Part shown: positions 47,163 through 57,253 of the stretch, piece by piece
How the letters are laid out: every line of letters begins with the position of its first letter
How positions within the stretch are numbered: position 1 is the first letter of the stretch
Source: Flavobacteriales bacterium
GTDB taxonomy: Bacteria > Bacteroidota > Bacteroidia > Flavobacteriales_D > JAHECK01
Direction: 5' to 3'
Length of the DNA stretch: 64,000 nucleotides
Assembly: GCA_024641785.1 (NCBI GenBank)
Contig: JAHECK010000001.1
Coordinates: 82 to 64,081, forward strand
Notes under the pieces: generated by a model
What the model was told of the DNA's origin: nothing
Databases searched by the model: none
The model's input: only the letters and a program-made list of their open reading frames with translations
Made by a program: the position numbers and the translations under genes

Positions 47163-49262
47163 ATGGATACTATAAATCAAAAAAAAGAATACATGTTAAA
47201 GAATTTAATTTTAATAATTACACTTATCATTTCTTATTCCCTTTCGATTAAAGCACAAGATGAGAATGGTCAATGCGGATGGTATGAAGCTCAAGAAGCA
47301 TTTTTTGAAGAACACCCTGAAGCAAAAGAAAAAGCAGAACTTGAATTTAAAAACTTCAATGCTTTTGCTGCTAACTTCGATAATGCTAATAAAATGACAC
47401 CAGATACGGTAATCATTCCTATTGTTTTTCATATTATTCATATAAATGGACCAGAGAACGTTAGCAATCAATTGATCTATGATGCCGTCGATCAAATGAA
47501 TATGGATTATATGGCTACTAACAGCGATCTTTCAGAGGTAGTAGAAGATTTTGTAGACATTATTGGGAATACAAAAATTATTTTTCGTTTAGCGCAAATC
47601 GACCCGGATGGAAATTGTACGAATGGAATTACTCGTACCGTTTCAGAATTAACCAATACTGGAGGAAATGCATTAAAAAATCTTATTTATTGGCCAAGAG
47701 ATTCCTATTTGAATGTTTGGGTAAGCAAAATTGCTCTTGAAACAGAAGGTTCAGGAACCGTACTAGGCTATTCACAATATCCATCAACCGTTCATAATTA
47801 TCCTGGAAATGACGGAATTGTTGTTCGTTCAAATGCAATAGGTTATGATAAAAGAACCTTAACCCATGAGGCTGCACATTGGATGAATATAATTCATGTA
47901 TGGGGAGATTCGAATGAAGCAGGTTTAGCTACAAACTGTTCTGAATCCGATTTTGTTGGTGATACTCCAAATACAATTGGCCACACTAGCGGATGTAGTT
48001 TAAGTTCTGAATCCTGTGGTTCTCTCGACAATATTCAAAACTATATGGATTATGGAACTTGTAAACGAATGTTTACCGAAGGCCAGTCGAATCGAATGAT
48101 AGCTGCATTAAATTCTTATCTCTCACAACGAAATCAAATCTGGACAAATGCCAATCTTATTGAAACCGGAGTAAATAGCGCCCCGCAATTATGTGCATCA
48201 GATTTTATTGCAGACGAAAAACGAATTTGCTCCGGAACTGAAGTACAGTTTACTAACGCCAGTTACAATGGTGATACTGAATGGACCTGGACCTTTGAAG
48301 GTGGCGAACCTTCAACAAGTAATGAAGAAAATCCACTAGTGATCTATAATACACCGGGAACTTATCCTGTTAGTCTTACTATTAGTAATGGAAATGATGA
48401 ACTTACAGAAATCAAAGAATCTTTTATCCATGTTTTAGAAGACGTTGGATCCACAACTCCAATTTTAGAAGGATTTGAAAGCGCAACAACTTTACCTAAT
48501 GATGATTGGACAATCTTTTCAACTGACGAAGATCGCTATTGGGAAGTTACAAATGCGGCATCAAACTCAGGAAGCAAATCGGTTGTTCTTAAAAATTACT
48601 ACCAAAATGAAGGTAATGTTGACGAATTAGAAAGTAATTCCATCGATCTAAGCGGACTGGAAGAAGTTGCCATTTCCTTTAAATATGCTTATGCAAAACG
48701 TCATAATGCAGACACAGATGTTCTTAAACTTAAAGTAACTCGTACTTGTGGAACAAACTGGCTCGTAAAAGAGACTTTGAAAGCCAATGACGGGACCTTG
48801 GTAACGGCTCCGAATCATGCAGGATATTTCACTCCTGAAAGCACTGAATGGAACGAAGCTTATATTGATAATATCAGCTATTTATATTTGATCGAAAACT
48901 TCCGTTTTAAATTCGAATTTAATAGCGGTGATGGTAACAACATTTATCTGGATGATATCAATATTTTCGATCCGACTACCGTTGGAATTAATGAAGTAAA
49001 TAAGGCTGCACTGAAATATAAAGTGTTCCCTAATCCAATTGAAAATACTTTGAATATCAGTTTTAATCTTCTTCACAATACAGATGTTGTAGGTGATGTT
49101 TATGATATCAGTGGAAGAAAAGTGATGAACCTTTTTGATCGCTCTTTCCAAATCGGAGTGAATGAGATGCAAGTAAATACCGCTGATTGGAATTCAGGAA
49201 TGTATTTCGTGAGAATTCAATTAGAAGGTGAGACCTTTATTGAAAAAGTGATAAAAAACTAA
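47163..49262 (+). CDS. T9SS-secreted M43 (cytophagalysin/pappalysin-like) zinc metalloprotease with PKD and MAM-like domains
   Basis: Zinc motif HEAAHWMNIIHVWGD. PKD-like segment (ICSGTEVQFTNASYNG ... GTYPVSLTISNG). MAM-like module (LEGFESA ... IYLDDINIF). T9SS domain FPNPIENTLNISF ... GMYFVRIQ ... KVIKN. An alternative start at 47193 (MLKNLILIITLI) gives a cleaner signal peptide. Confidence 0.75.
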   Translation: MDTINQKKEYMLKNLILIITLIISYSLSIKAQDENGQCGWYEAQEAFFEEHPEAKEKAELEFKNFNAFAANFDNANKMTPDTVIIPIVFHIIHINGPENVSNQLIYDAVDQMNMDYMATNSDLSEVVEDFVDIIGNTKIIFRLAQIDPDGNCTNGITRTVSELTNTGGNALKNLIYWPRDSYLNVWVSKIALETEGSGTVLGYSQYPSTVHNYPGNDGIVVRSNAIGYDKRTLTHEAAHWMNIIHVWGDSNEAGLATNCSESDFVGDTPNTIGHTSGCSLSSESCGSLDNIQNYMDYGTCKRMFTEGQSNRMIAALNSYLSQRNQIWTNANLIETGVNSAPQLCASDFIADEKRICSGTEVQFTNASYNGDTEWTWTFEGGEPSTSNEENPLVIYNTPGTYPVSLTISNGNDELTEIKESFIHVLEDVGSTTPILEGFESATTLPNDDWTIFSTDEDRYWEVTNAASNSGSKSVVLKNYYQNEGNVDELESNSIDLSGLEEVAISFKYAYAKRHNADTDVLKLKVTRTCGTNWLVKETLKANDGTLVTAPNHAGYFTPESTEWNEAYIDNISYLYLIENFRFKFEFNSGDGNNIYLDDINIFDPTTVGINEVNKAALKYKVFPNPIENTLNISFNLLHNTDVVGDVYDISGRKVMNLFDRSFQIGVNEMQVNTADWNSGMYFVRIQLEGETFIEKVIKN

Positions 49263-49281
49263 AAGAATTTTTCTCATAGAA

Positions 49282-49313
49282 AGCCATGTCGGAAAATCGA
49301 TGTGGCTTTTTTT
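49282..49313 (+). terminator. Rho-independent terminator
   Basis: AGCCATGTCG-gaaaat-CGATGTGGCT (10 bp including two G-U pairs) followed by T6. The T-run overlaps the stop of the convergent gene at 49312. Confidence 0.6.
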
Positions 49314-50265
49314 ATGCTTTAATCTTTGTAAATTGATATACTACGCTTCCATTCTTATCTATAAAAAAAGTCTCAATTTTATGTTTACTTACTCTTAGAA
49401 GTAAAAAGCCATAATGTGGACTGGAAAATAAAGAATATTCCCCGCTCGAAGTGGGTCGGATTTTACCGGTAGAGCCCCCAATAAAATAATCAGTATAGCC
49501 AGGAGTTTTGATGTGCTGCATATCATGATCATGCCCGGATAATAATAGATCAACAGAATTATCATATAATGTATTCTCCAATAATCCTTGCAAAACCAAA
49601 TTTGAACCGTGATACCCGTAGGAATACAATGGATGGTGACCTATCATGATCCTCCATTTCTGATCCATAGTTGAAGTGATACTATCGATCCAATTCATTT
49701 GATTCAGACTGTCTGGATATAATCTTAAATACTCTGAATCAATCATAACGATTCCTAAACTATCGCCTGAGCTATTTATAGCTTTAGAGAAATTGTAAAA
49801 AAGAGAAGGAAAAGTCCATCGATCATCAACAAGTGAATAATCTATTTGAGCCTGTGCACTTCCCAAATGATCATGATTTCCTACACTAATATACCATGGG
49901 ACCTGCAATGAATTTTGATTAAAATTTTCTGTGTATACATCCCAGACGGGATCAGTGATCGAATCTACCCCGGATTCATAAAAATTATCCCCTCCGGTTA
50001 CAATAAAATCAAGTGTTAAGTAATCGGCTACAGCTGCCATCTGAGTTGAATTTGCAAGCAATGAATCATTTTGATGACCCCAATCACCAATAAAAATAAA
50101 AGTTAAACAGGTATCATTCGAAGCTTTTGCGATCACATCCTCAAAATAACCGGTAGTTGGTCTATCCTCAGCAGGAGGTGTTTCTTCTTGATGAACTGCA
50201 TCCTTTTTACAAGAGAATAATAATGGTAGCAGAGCAAGACCAGTAATAAAAACTCTTTTTTTCAT
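49312..50265 (-). CDS. purple-acid-phosphatase-like metallophosphoesterase lipoprotein
   Basis: Lipobox LLFSC. The five PAP motifs are present: GDWG, GGDNFY, GNHD, GHHP and GHDHDMQH. Confidence 0.8.
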   Translation of the reverse strand: MKKRVFITGLALLPLLFSCKKDAVHQEETPPAEDRPTTGYFEDVIAKASNDTCLTFIFIGDWGHQNDSLLANSTQMAAVADYLTLDFIVTGGDNFYESGVDSITDPVWDVYTENFNQNSLQVPWYISVGNHDHLGSAQAQIDYSLVDDRWTFPSLFYNFSKAINSSGDSLGIVMIDSEYLRLYPDSLNQMNWIDSITSTMDQKWRIMIGHHPLYSYGYHGSNLVLQGLLENTLYDNSVDLLLSGHDHDMQHIKTPGYTDYFIGGSTGKIRPTSSGEYSLFSSPHYGFLLLRVSKHKIETFFIDKNGSVVYQFTKIKA

Positions 50266-50268
50266 TTT

Positions 50269-50715
50269 TTAAAAATTATCGAATAAACGATGTAATTGTT
50301 TTCTTTTTCTAAGCGCCCAATACAATAAGGTTGGCGGAGATAAAATGATCGTTGGAATAGTAGAATAAAAGGGCTCAGGCGTGCCTTTAATAGAGTGAAC
50401 AATAAATGTTGCTCCAATGGTAATGATGGAAGCAATTAAGACCGCTAAAAAAATAGAGATCCTTATATTCTTATAACGAATAGCAATATTCTCACAGATT
50501 TTCATATTAATACTCGCCATAAAAAAGGTGTACACTGCTTGCTTTAATCCTGCGATCAGTCCAGGAGTAAAACCATGGCTAAAATTAATCGCAAAAACGA
50601 TCCCTCCCATTATAAAGGCACCGGCAAATCCCATTTTTGAATCAAAAAAACGATTATTCCCAAGCGCATTTTGCCCTTTCTTTTTTCCAGGTGTTTCATT
50701 TTTTTTAAACGGCAT
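50269..50715 (-). CDS. small membrane protein, unknown function
   Basis: 148 aa with four predicted TM segments. Lies 3 nt upstream of the phosphoesterase gene on the same strand. Confidence 0.5.
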   Translation of the reverse strand: MPFKKNETPGKKKGQNALGNNRFFDSKMGFAGAFIMGGIVFAINFSHGFTPGLIAGLKQAVYTFFMASINMKICENIAIRYKNIRISIFLAVLIASIITIGATFIVHSIKGTPEPFYSTIPTIILSPPTLLYWALRKRKQLHRLFDNF

Positions 50716-50749
50716 GCACGTTATTTTTTAATAACTAAAAAATGAGAGG

Positions 50750-50757
50750 CAAAAGTA
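50750..50757 (-). promoter_or_regulatory. Bacteroidota -7 promoter box TACTTTTG (minus strand)
   Basis: Plus strand reads CAAAAGTA. There are 34 nt between the box and the start codon at 50715. Confidence 0.4.
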
Positions 50758-51133
50758 TCGACTCCTTTTCATATAAAAAGAATTTAAAAGATTCTTTTTT
50801 GGAATATACAGAAATGAATATCCATTTTCTATATAGTGATAAAATTTAAAATCGAGCTTTCAGTATGCAAGGAAACAAATAATTAGTATGAATTGAAATA
50901 TCTTTTAAAAAGAATTCTCCAAGCCAATGTTTATAAGCTTTAATAACTAAAAACTTAGATCGAAAAATACAGCCATGAATACGCGTTTTTAATTGATAAA
51001 TAGCAAGTTACATTAGACAAAATAAAAATATCAGTTTTTTTTTATTACATTTATCAACCTACTATTCTAGATCGCTTAGTCTTTTTCAATTAAAGTTAAA
51101 GATTTATTTATAAACCAAAACCAATAAAACATT

Positions 51134-51955
51134 ATGAAACAAATGAACAAAATGACCTTAGGTTTGCTATTATGCGCATACCTTTTTAGCCCTTTTCTTT
51201 ATGCTCAGGAAGCAGAAAAAAAAGCAACTATTATGATTGTAACCACAGTGCATTGGAATATGGATAAAACCGATGGTTCAAATGATGCTTGGTTAGCTTT
51301 AGAAAAAGAATATTTTGATAAAGTAACAAGTAAAAATGAGTACATTTTAAGAGCTAATTTCCTTACACATTTTTTTACAACAGATAATTCCGAAGCGATT
51401 TGGGTAAGTCTTTACGAAAATTGGGATGCAATTGAAAAAGCAAATGACAGAACCAATGAATTAATTATGGCAGGTTGGCCGGACGAAGCTGCAAGAGCAA
51501 AGTTCATGGCTGAACAAGGTTCTTATTATTCATCCATGCATTCTGATGAAATTTACGCTGTACTTGATGGAGGAAAAGCCATCGCTGAAAGATCTTCCGA
51601 ACCATTGATCTATTATGTTCGCGTTTCTCAAATGGCTTATCCAGAAGATGCTAAAGATGGAGAGATGATAGCATTGTTAGATGAATATAATCAAAACGTA
51701 ACTTTTAAAAATGAATATGTACTTGGTTATTATTTATACCGACATATGTGGGGCGCAGACAGTAGAAATCTCACTGAAGTTTATGCTGTAAAATCACTTT
51801 GTGATATACAATCTTATTTCGATAAAAATACTGAATTAGAAGATGCTAAATGGACTGCAGACGAGCAAAAAGCAAGAGCTGAAAAGGATGATAAATACTG
51901 GACTGGCATACACGGAGATTACATTTGGAGAAATGTTCCAGCACTTGTAAAATAA
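51134..51955 (+). CDS. secreted protein with internal tandem duplication, unknown function
   Basis: Signal peptide ending YAQE. The two ~115-aa halves align (VT.KNEY.L, NEL, W.DE). Confidence 0.6.
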   Translation: MKQMNKMTLGLLLCAYLFSPFLYAQEAEKKATIMIVTTVHWNMDKTDGSNDAWLALEKEYFDKVTSKNEYILRANFLTHFFTTDNSEAIWVSLYENWDAIEKANDRTNELIMAGWPDEAARAKFMAEQGSYYSSMHSDEIYAVLDGGKAIAERSSEPLIYYVRVSQMAYPEDAKDGEMIALLDEYNQNVTFKNEYVLGYYLYRHMWGADSRNLTEVYAVKSLCDIQSYFDKNTELEDAKWTADEQKARAEKDDKYWTGIHGDYIWRNVPALVK

Positions 51956-51980
51956 TATTTATTCGACTTTGCGATAATAG

Positions 51981-52009
51981 AAAACCTCCTTTTTAGGAGG
52001 TTTTTTTTT
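51981..52009. terminator. bidirectional Rho-independent terminator
   Basis: AAAACCTCC-ttttt-AGGAGGTTTTTTTTT lies between convergent genes. The T-run overlaps the stop (52008..52010) of the minus-strand M1 peptidase gene. Confidence 0.7.
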
Positions 52010-53879
52010 ATTTAGTTTCAATTATCAATTCTGTTCCCACCGGTGGATCAATGATCATACTATTATTTTCAGGATCAATATCAACAGTCATAAATCTGGG
52101 ATCGATCGCCAAGGAAAGAATTTCATTTACATCAAATGGCAACACGAGTGTATATTCGGGTTCAACCCAAGGCCATGCTTTTAATACTTCAAAATGATCA
52201 TAACCCTGATTATTTTTATGTCCTCTCATCATTTGAAGCGGGATCGTGTACAAATACACTTCTCCATTTCTTAATTGCACTTCAAGATCAACCGGCATGA
52301 TAAAGTCTTCAATTCTTTCCAAAACGACTTTCACTTCCTCTTTTGAACCTACCAAAGACTTTATACCATAATCCAGTTTTTTTATGGAATTAATATAATA
52401 GTTATTGTACCAGTCTAATTCAATCCCACTGACCTTCTCTCCTACAAGCATAAAATCTTCCGGTGTAGGATGTTTAAATCTCCAATCATAATAATACCTA
52501 AGTAAGGTTTCATCTAACTTATCCTGACCAATAATATAGGCTAATTGACTTAAGTACATCGCTCCTTTATTATAAGAATTGATTGAAAAGGCAGATTCCG
52601 TTTCTAAATAATTAACGTTCGTACTTAATGCTTCATTCGTTTCACTTTTCATAAGAGCGATCGTCCGTTTCCGGGAATAGGAATAATCCGGTATACTTGT
52701 ACTATCATTATTAGTGATATAATTTTCAGCAAACTTATCTGCATAGGAAGTAAAACCTTCATCCATCCAGGCGTACTCCATTTCATTTGTGGCTAATGCA
52801 AAGTAATACCATTCATGAAGCAATTCATGAATACAGGTTCCAAGCATCGATTTGTAGGATCTTTTTCCATTAAATAAAGTAGCCATTGGATATTCCATTC
52901 CCCTATCACCACCTTGAATGATCGAATAGCTATCGTAAGCATATTTCCCAAATCGCTCATTAACAAAATTAAATAAGGGATTAATTATCAATGATAAAGC
53001 GATCCAGTTTGCTTCATATACTGAATCCGCCTGAAATAATAAATGGACATCTAAATCATCATTAACCTTTACGATCTCATGCAAATAATCTTTATCCGCA
53101 GCCCATACAAAGTCGTGAACATTTTTTGCATTAAAATGCCAGGTCACGTTTTCTGTTTCGGGTCTTCCTTCAATAGCTCCATAACCATGCTTAACAACAG
53201 TAGGATTCATTACTTTCCCTGTTCCTCCTAAAACATAGTCGGATGGGAGTGTGATCTTCACATCGAAATCACCCCAAACTCCAAAGAACTCTCTTCCGAC
53301 ATAAGGATCGGCATGCCAACCGGAACGGTCATATTCACATAACTTTGGGTACCATTGAGCCATTGAATAAGCGATCCCTTCTTTATTATCCCGCCCTGTC
53401 CGTCTAATATAAACAGGCACCTGGGCTTCAAACTCCATGGTCAAAACCGTTTTCTTTCCCGGTAAAAGGGGATGATCAAGGTCTACAACCAGAATACTTT
53501 CTTGTTCTTCAAACTGCACTTCGTGTTTATCCTGACTTAAAAATTTCACCCTTGAATAACCGATCTCATCTGCATTTAAATTCTTGATCAAAGCGATGTC
53601 TTTTTCTGAGCCTGCAACATACTGAGAACGAATATCCATCATACTTCCAGGTTGGAATGCATTATAAAACAAATGATAAAAAACCCGGCGGATGGTATCC
53701 GGTGAGTTATTATAATAGGTTAATATTTGTTTGCCTTGGAATTGATGGCTTTCATCATCAAGAATAATTTCCATCTTATAATCCACTTTTTGCTGCCAAT
53801 ATTGAGCTAATGAAACATAACTTTTACCAAAGCTTATTAAGATAAAGACAAATACAATTTTAAATTTAGAATGGATCAT
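52008..53879 (-). CDS. M1-family (gluzincin) metallopeptidase
   Basis: Signal peptide. HELLH with Glu 19 residues after the second His (HExxH-x18-E). GMEYP is a variant of the GxMEN exopeptidase motif. Confidence 0.8.
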   Translation of the reverse strand: MIHSKFKIVFVFILISFGKSYVSLAQYWQQKVDYKMEIILDDESHQFQGKQILTYYNNSPDTIRRVFYHLFYNAFQPGSMMDIRSQYVAGSEKDIALIKNLNADEIGYSRVKFLSQDKHEVQFEEQESILVVDLDHPLLPGKKTVLTMEFEAQVPVYIRRTGRDNKEGIAYSMAQWYPKLCEYDRSGWHADPYVGREFFGVWGDFDVKITLPSDYVLGGTGKVMNPTVVKHGYGAIEGRPETENVTWHFNAKNVHDFVWAADKDYLHEIVKVNDDLDVHLLFQADSVYEANWIALSLIINPLFNFVNERFGKYAYDSYSIIQGGDRGMEYPMATLFNGKRSYKSMLGTCIHELLHEWYYFALATNEMEYAWMDEGFTSYADKFAENYITNNDSTSIPDYSYSRKRTIALMKSETNEALSTNVNYLETESAFSINSYNKGAMYLSQLAYIIGQDKLDETLLRYYYDWRFKHPTPEDFMLVGEKVSGIELDWYNNYYINSIKKLDYGIKSLVGSKEEVKVVLERIEDFIMPVDLEVQLRNGEVYLYTIPLQMMRGHKNNQGYDHFEVLKAWPWVEPEYTLVLPFDVNEILSLAIDPRFMTVDIDPENNSMIIDPPVGTELIIETK

Positions 53880-53910
53880 AAGATCTATGATTTAATGAAA
53901 TACATATAAA

Positions 53911-56040
53911 TTAATCAGGAAATAAAAATCCTATCTCCTTCCAAAAAACTTTTCTTCTATTAATGTCAAGATAGGCAAATTTACCTCCTGTCTGGAGTTC
54001 AAAAAAACCCAGATCTTGATATCTTATTTGATCGAAAACAGGGTCAAGTATAGTCGTCCCAAAATAATCGATCATCCCATAAGCAGTGTCATTCTCTGTG
54101 ATATAGACTCCTTCTGACAGTATTATTTTGTTATATTCCAATGGAATAATGACCTTCCCGGATCGATCTATCATACCCCATTTGTTATTTTTCCTAACCC
54201 TTGCCAGGTCCCCTTCAAAAGGATATGCTTGCTCGTATCGGTATGAAATTGCAAGTTTTATGTTTTCATCTGCGTAGCCCCATTTTCCATTTTTCTTAAC
54301 CGGATAAAGCATACCGTCATAATATCCAATTTCATCAAAAATAGCAGGAACGATCCTAGCCCCTGCAGTATCTATTAAACCCATTTTCCCTTTTATTCTG
54401 ATTCGCGCCAAACCCTTATCAAATTCTCCCCAATCAAGAATGAAAGGATCGCTTTCGTAGATCAATGGGATTTTCCAATCACCTTTTTGGTTTATATAAC
54501 CCACTTTACCTTCTTTTATCACCAGTATCAGATCTTGATCTATTCGACCAATAGAATTATTGTCAATTGCCAATATGGTATCAAGCTTTGAATTGATAAG
54601 ACCGAACTTCCCTCCCTTCTTAACTTTTATTAGCGAGTCTTTAAAGTGAGGTTCGATCCATTCATATTCAAAGGGAACGATCCATTCATTTTTCCAATCA
54701 ATAATTCCAAATTTTTCATATTGCTTTACAAGGGCCTTTTTATTTTCCATATTAAATGCCTGATCATATATAAATGGAATAATTACAAATCCATTTTCAT
54801 CAATATATCCATAACGATTATTTTTTGAGGCATAAGCATAGTCATCGACAAAAACTCCAATATCATCGTATTCCATTTTTACTATATGATCTCCAAATCG
54901 ATTGATCGCACCATATTTTTCACCATTATACACTATAGCAAAACCATTTGTAAATGATTCTGCATCCTCATATTCGGGTAAGATAGCAAGCTTTCCACGT
55001 GAATTGATAAATCCTAATTTATTATCCTCTGAAACGAGAGACATGCCTTCACTAAAAGGTTCGCATGAATCATAAACCGGTCGAATGATCCAAGTTCCTG
55101 AAGTGTCAATAAAACCCCATTTATCATTCATTTTTGCGGGAATTAAGATCTTTAATAGATTTCTTAATTCATCTTTTACCGATTCTCGATCCGGATAGTG
55201 TGGATATTCCATTAAAAAATCCGCTAAAGCTTCCGGTGTTAAAATTTCAGTACTGATCTTATAGATCTTCTCCCAAGATGCTTTTACATTCGGATTGGAA
55301 GGATATTTATTAATAAAGTTGATATAAGTATCGATTTTTCCATCAGAAGTATACAATTCATATAATTTGTCTTGTGCTTGCGGCAGATAAGGACTGGAAG
55401 GATAATTCTTAATAAATTGTTCAATATCGCTTACTCTGCTAAAAGAAGTGCTCTCCTCAAAAAGCCGTAATTGATAATTTAATTTCGCCTCATTAAATTG
55501 AACGGAATTAGGATAAAGATCCATAAATTCTTTAAATGCAGCAGAGGAGTTAATTTCAAGTGCTTCTTGATATACCAGTTCATTCCTATAGCCAATGCCC
55601 GAAGAATATAATTCTGAATAACTGTAATTTTCAATAAAATATTCAAAGTCATCAATATTATTATTTTCAATGGCACTTTCAAGTGCATTAAAGGCAATGC
55701 TTTCCAGAAATTCATGAATTGAAATAGAATCGATCGAATACTCCTGTAATTTAACACGATCCTTTTCTTTAGTAAACTCCCATGCGTTTTGACTTTTTAA
55801 AACATAAATTCTGGCAGAATCGATGTTTGTAAAAGGATTTTTATCATTGAAGTAGATCTGACCTAAACCAAAATTAGCTGCACAAGGATCACTTTTAAGC
55901 GCTTTCGAAAATAATTCCTTGGCCTTAAAATAATCGTAGATACTAAGCGCCTCAAATGCTTTATCCAGTTTTCCACCTGCAAAAACGAAGGTAGAAAAGT
56001 GAAAGATCAAAAAGAATATGATGCCTTTTTTAAAATCCAT
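53911..56040 (-). CDS. WG-repeat (KWG-type) protein with N-terminal TPR-like region
   Basis: More than 10 repeats of the form KWGFIDxxGxxIIPxxYD (KWGFIDTSG, KLGFINSRG, KYGAINRFG, RYGYIDENG, KFGLINSKL, KVGYINQKG, KMGLIDTAG, KWGYADENI, KWGMIDRSG). Confidence 0.8.
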   Translation of the reverse strand: MDFKKGIIFFLIFHFSTFVFAGGKLDKAFEALSIYDYFKAKELFSKALKSDPCAANFGLGQIYFNDKNPFTNIDSARIYVLKSQNAWEFTKEKDRVKLQEYSIDSISIHEFLESIAFNALESAIENNNIDDFEYFIENYSYSELYSSGIGYRNELVYQEALEINSSAAFKEFMDLYPNSVQFNEAKLNYQLRLFEESTSFSRVSDIEQFIKNYPSSPYLPQAQDKLYELYTSDGKIDTYINFINKYPSNPNVKASWEKIYKISTEILTPEALADFLMEYPHYPDRESVKDELRNLLKILIPAKMNDKWGFIDTSGTWIIRPVYDSCEPFSEGMSLVSEDNKLGFINSRGKLAILPEYEDAESFTNGFAIVYNGEKYGAINRFGDHIVKMEYDDIGVFVDDYAYASKNNRYGYIDENGFVIIPFIYDQAFNMENKKALVKQYEKFGIIDWKNEWIVPFEYEWIEPHFKDSLIKVKKGGKFGLINSKLDTILAIDNNSIGRIDQDLILVIKEGKVGYINQKGDWKIPLIYESDPFILDWGEFDKGLARIRIKGKMGLIDTAGARIVPAIFDEIGYYDGMLYPVKKNGKWGYADENIKLAISYRYEQAYPFEGDLARVRKNNKWGMIDRSGKVIIPLEYNKIILSEGVYITENDTAYGMIDYFGTTILDPVFDQIRYQDLGFFELQTGGKFAYLDINRRKVFWKEIGFLFPD

Positions 56041-56176
56041 ATTAATTGTAAAAGTACTACAATGAGGCTGAAATTAATGATGCTTTTTGATAATAAACTG
56101 ATATGAAATAAAGCAATTAATTAATGGGAAATGAGACTTTAAATATGAAAGGCTAATACTAAAATCAAAAATTCAG

Positions 56177-57253
56177 CTATTCATTTTTGATGACAGACAA
56201 TAAGGTATCCGACCATTCTTTAGGATTTAATTGCATTCCAATTCCATGGCTTTCTTCTGCCATCTTTATTAGATCCTGATCTTTTAAGTTCATTATTTTT
56301 AGAAAAAGCTCCTTAAGCGATTTGCTATCACCTGATTTAAAATAGAAACCGTTTTTTCCTTCTTTCAAAAACCTGGAAGCAGCACCTACCTTATCCGAAC
56401 ATAACAAAGGAAATCCGGCCACTGCCATCTCATGAACAACCACTCCCCATGGCTCTTTATTACTAGGTAATACAAAAACGCCTGTGTTTACTAAAATGGC
56501 CTCCAGCTCGCGTGATTGAATAAAACCAAAGTGCTTAATTCCATCTGCTATTTTTCGTTTTTCCCAAAGATCACCGGTGCCAACACACCATAATTCCCAC
56601 TTTTTAGTTTCAACTCTCTTACTATTAGCAGAAGCAAATGCCTCCCATAATTCCTCTACCCCCTTAAAATCGACATACCTACCCATATAAATAAAGCGGT
56701 GAGGAAAACTCTTCTTTTTATCCTCTATCGATCTCGAATAGATCTCATTAAAATGGGGGACGTCAGCACTATAGAATCCAAAAATAATTTGCTCACTCGA
56801 AAAACCTAGTTTACGTGCAAAAATCTCCTGTGGATCTCCCGGAACCCAAACCTGAGAGAAGCGATTATGCAGCTTAAAATTACTCAATATTCGTCCGATC
56901 TGTTGTCTGATAGAACCTGTATAGTGATTGTCTAAGCTTAAAATGGTAGGCACCTTTGAATACCAATGCTTATTAACCGCATTATATCCTTCGTCGATCC
57001 AACCCGAACTTACAATGATATCCGGCTTAAATTCTTCAGAAAATGCGATCAACTCCTTTGTAATAAACTCGCCTCGTTCAAAAACTTGCCATTCCGGATG
57101 AAATTCGAAAGCAAAAGGAGCTTCTTTATTTACAGCCCAACGCACAATGGCTATATCCGCGGATTTATGCAATTCACGCACACATGCTAAAAAATAGTTA
57201 GCGATCTCAGTGTACAAAAATAAAATCCGGGGTCTTTTTCCCATTTCTGTCAT
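56177..57253 (-). CDS. GT4-family (GT-B) glycosyltransferase
   Basis: C-terminal EPWGVVVHEMAVAGFP (E-x7-E region), 358 aa. Its start codon abuts the stop of the upstream esterase gene (TAAATG). Confidence 0.75.
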   Translation of the reverse strand: MTEMGKRPRILFLYTEIANYFLACVRELHKSADIAIVRWAVNKEAPFAFEFHPEWQVFERGEFITKELIAFSEEFKPDIIVSSGWIDEGYNAVNKHWYSKVPTILSLDNHYTGSIRQQIGRILSNFKLHNRFSQVWVPGDPQEIFARKLGFSSEQIIFGFYSADVPHFNEIYSRSIEDKKKSFPHRFIYMGRYVDFKGVEELWEAFASANSKRVETKKWELWCVGTGDLWEKRKIADGIKHFGFIQSRELEAILVNTGVFVLPSNKEPWGVVVHEMAVAGFPLLCSDKVGAASRFLKEGKNGFYFKSGDSKSLKELFLKIMNLKDQDLIKMAEESHGIGMQLNPKEWSDTLLSVIKNE

